Part shown: positions 63,001 through 64,000 of the stretch, one piece after another
Layout: every line of letters begins with the position of its first letter
Position numbering within the stretch: the first letter of the stretch is position 1
Assembly (NCBI GenBank): GCA_024679065.1
Contig: JAGIQG010000025.1
Location: 26,536,001-26,600,000, forward strand
Origin: Sphyrna mokarran
Lineage: Eukaryota
Direction of reading: 5' to 3'
DNA: 64,000 nucleotides
The notes under the pieces: model-generated
Seen by the model: the letters and a program-made list of their open reading frames with translations, nothing else
Databases searched by the model: none
What the model was told of the DNA's origin: nothing
Translations under genes and position numbers: made by a program

Positions 63001-63619
63001 GGACTTTGGAGATTCCATAATCTGCCTGTTTTAATTTTGACTCTGAGTGTGACTAAAACTTTGTGCTGCATATTCTTATAAAATATGTATATATCGATGC
63101 TTTGCTTTTCTAAATTTTTAAAAACTGAACAAAGACCTTAAATTTGGTTGAAGCTGTGTCTGTCTCTGATCCCTGACCAATCCACAGGACTTGGCAACAA
63201 TAATTGAAACACCCAGTATTGCTATCGTGCCTGAGCTGGACACTAAACCAGAATCCCCAAAAGAGGTTGAAGACGATTAAATCACCCCAATCTCCTGATA
63301 ATCAGCCTAATCACGGTCCCTAGGTTTAACCAATCAAACTCACAGGGTACCAAGGTGGGCAGGGAGAACTGGGTAAGAGCTACTCAGCCCTAGGGTCAAA
63401 GAACCTGGCACTCACAGACGGAGATACCAAGCATTTCCCTGCAGATCGGCCAGAGCAGCTTAATCATTGCTTATCTGCTGTGTGTTAACCATCCTGTCAA
63501 ACCCCCCCAGAAACTAATGAGGACAGTGGATCAGGAAGGACACATACAGAGTTCTCATACCAATGGCTTTGCTAAAGCCCGATTCCCAAAAGAGGATAAG
63601 TCAAAACTCCAACTCAAAT

Positions 63620-63745
63620 GAAAAATCAGTTGTAAATGGATTGGAATCTTCGCAGGTCACCTAATCATTCCATATTCCGGGAAAGGACACTGTCCTTGCT
63701 GATGCTGTAACCCAACCTCAAAATAAAGTAAAGTGGGGAATGGCC
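63620..63745 (+). mobile_element. Gypsy-like RNase H C-terminal remnant
   Basis: FHIPGKDTVLADAVT at 63668-63712 matches HIPGK.N..ADALSR. Followed by purine-rich AAAGTAAAGTGGGGAA-TG (PPT-like). Confidence 0.5.
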
Positions 63746-64000
63746 ACTGCCTCTGCCAGCTGCATGTGTGATCTCCAGAATGAATATCACCTGTGGTTCT
63801 TTCCAAGACCATAAAATAATGAAATAGAATTCATTTTTCTCTTGAGACCGTGAGAAGTGTGACAGTCGAAGACCTCACACAGTATATTTTTATAAAATAT
63901 TTACAGATATACTCCTTGCTAATTGTAAAATTTTTAACACCACGCAAAGCCCTTTAAATTCATTGAAATTGTGTCTGTCTGTGAATCCTGAATAAAAGAA

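Overview
Eukaryotic, repeat-dense intronic DNA, almost certainly from a shark (cartilaginous fish), judged from HE1/V-SINE-type SINEs and CR1/HER1-type LINEs. The only host gene I can support is whirlin (WHRN/DFNB31) on the + strand. Three coding exons are present: 14117-14242, 33697-33905 and a 37-nt exon at 60359-60395. They splice in frame, encode PDZ2 and the following linker, and are separated by introns of about 19.5 kb and 26.5 kb. The rest is mostly transposon-derived: about 30 V-SINE copies with two different 3' tails, a second tRNA-headed SINE sharing its tail with a local LINE, DeuSINE-like relics, CR1 and Rex1/Babar LINE fragments, Penelope-derived mini-elements (one with a hammerhead core), PIF/Harbinger fossils and MITEs, Gypsy/LTR remnants and a MITE-derived minisatellite. 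Nearly all listed ORFs are chance or TE-derived. Best leads: (1) a young CR1 whose 3' UTR appears to be a captured V-SINE; (2) an intron-containing tRNA-Leu(CAA) copy fused to a V-SINE body; (3) a recursive-splice-like exon bracketed by inverted SINEs; (4) TSD-flanked Penelope mini-elements. Repeat family names come from my recall of consensus motifs, not from a search, and repeat boundaries are approximate. I see no unambiguous new multi-gene system.
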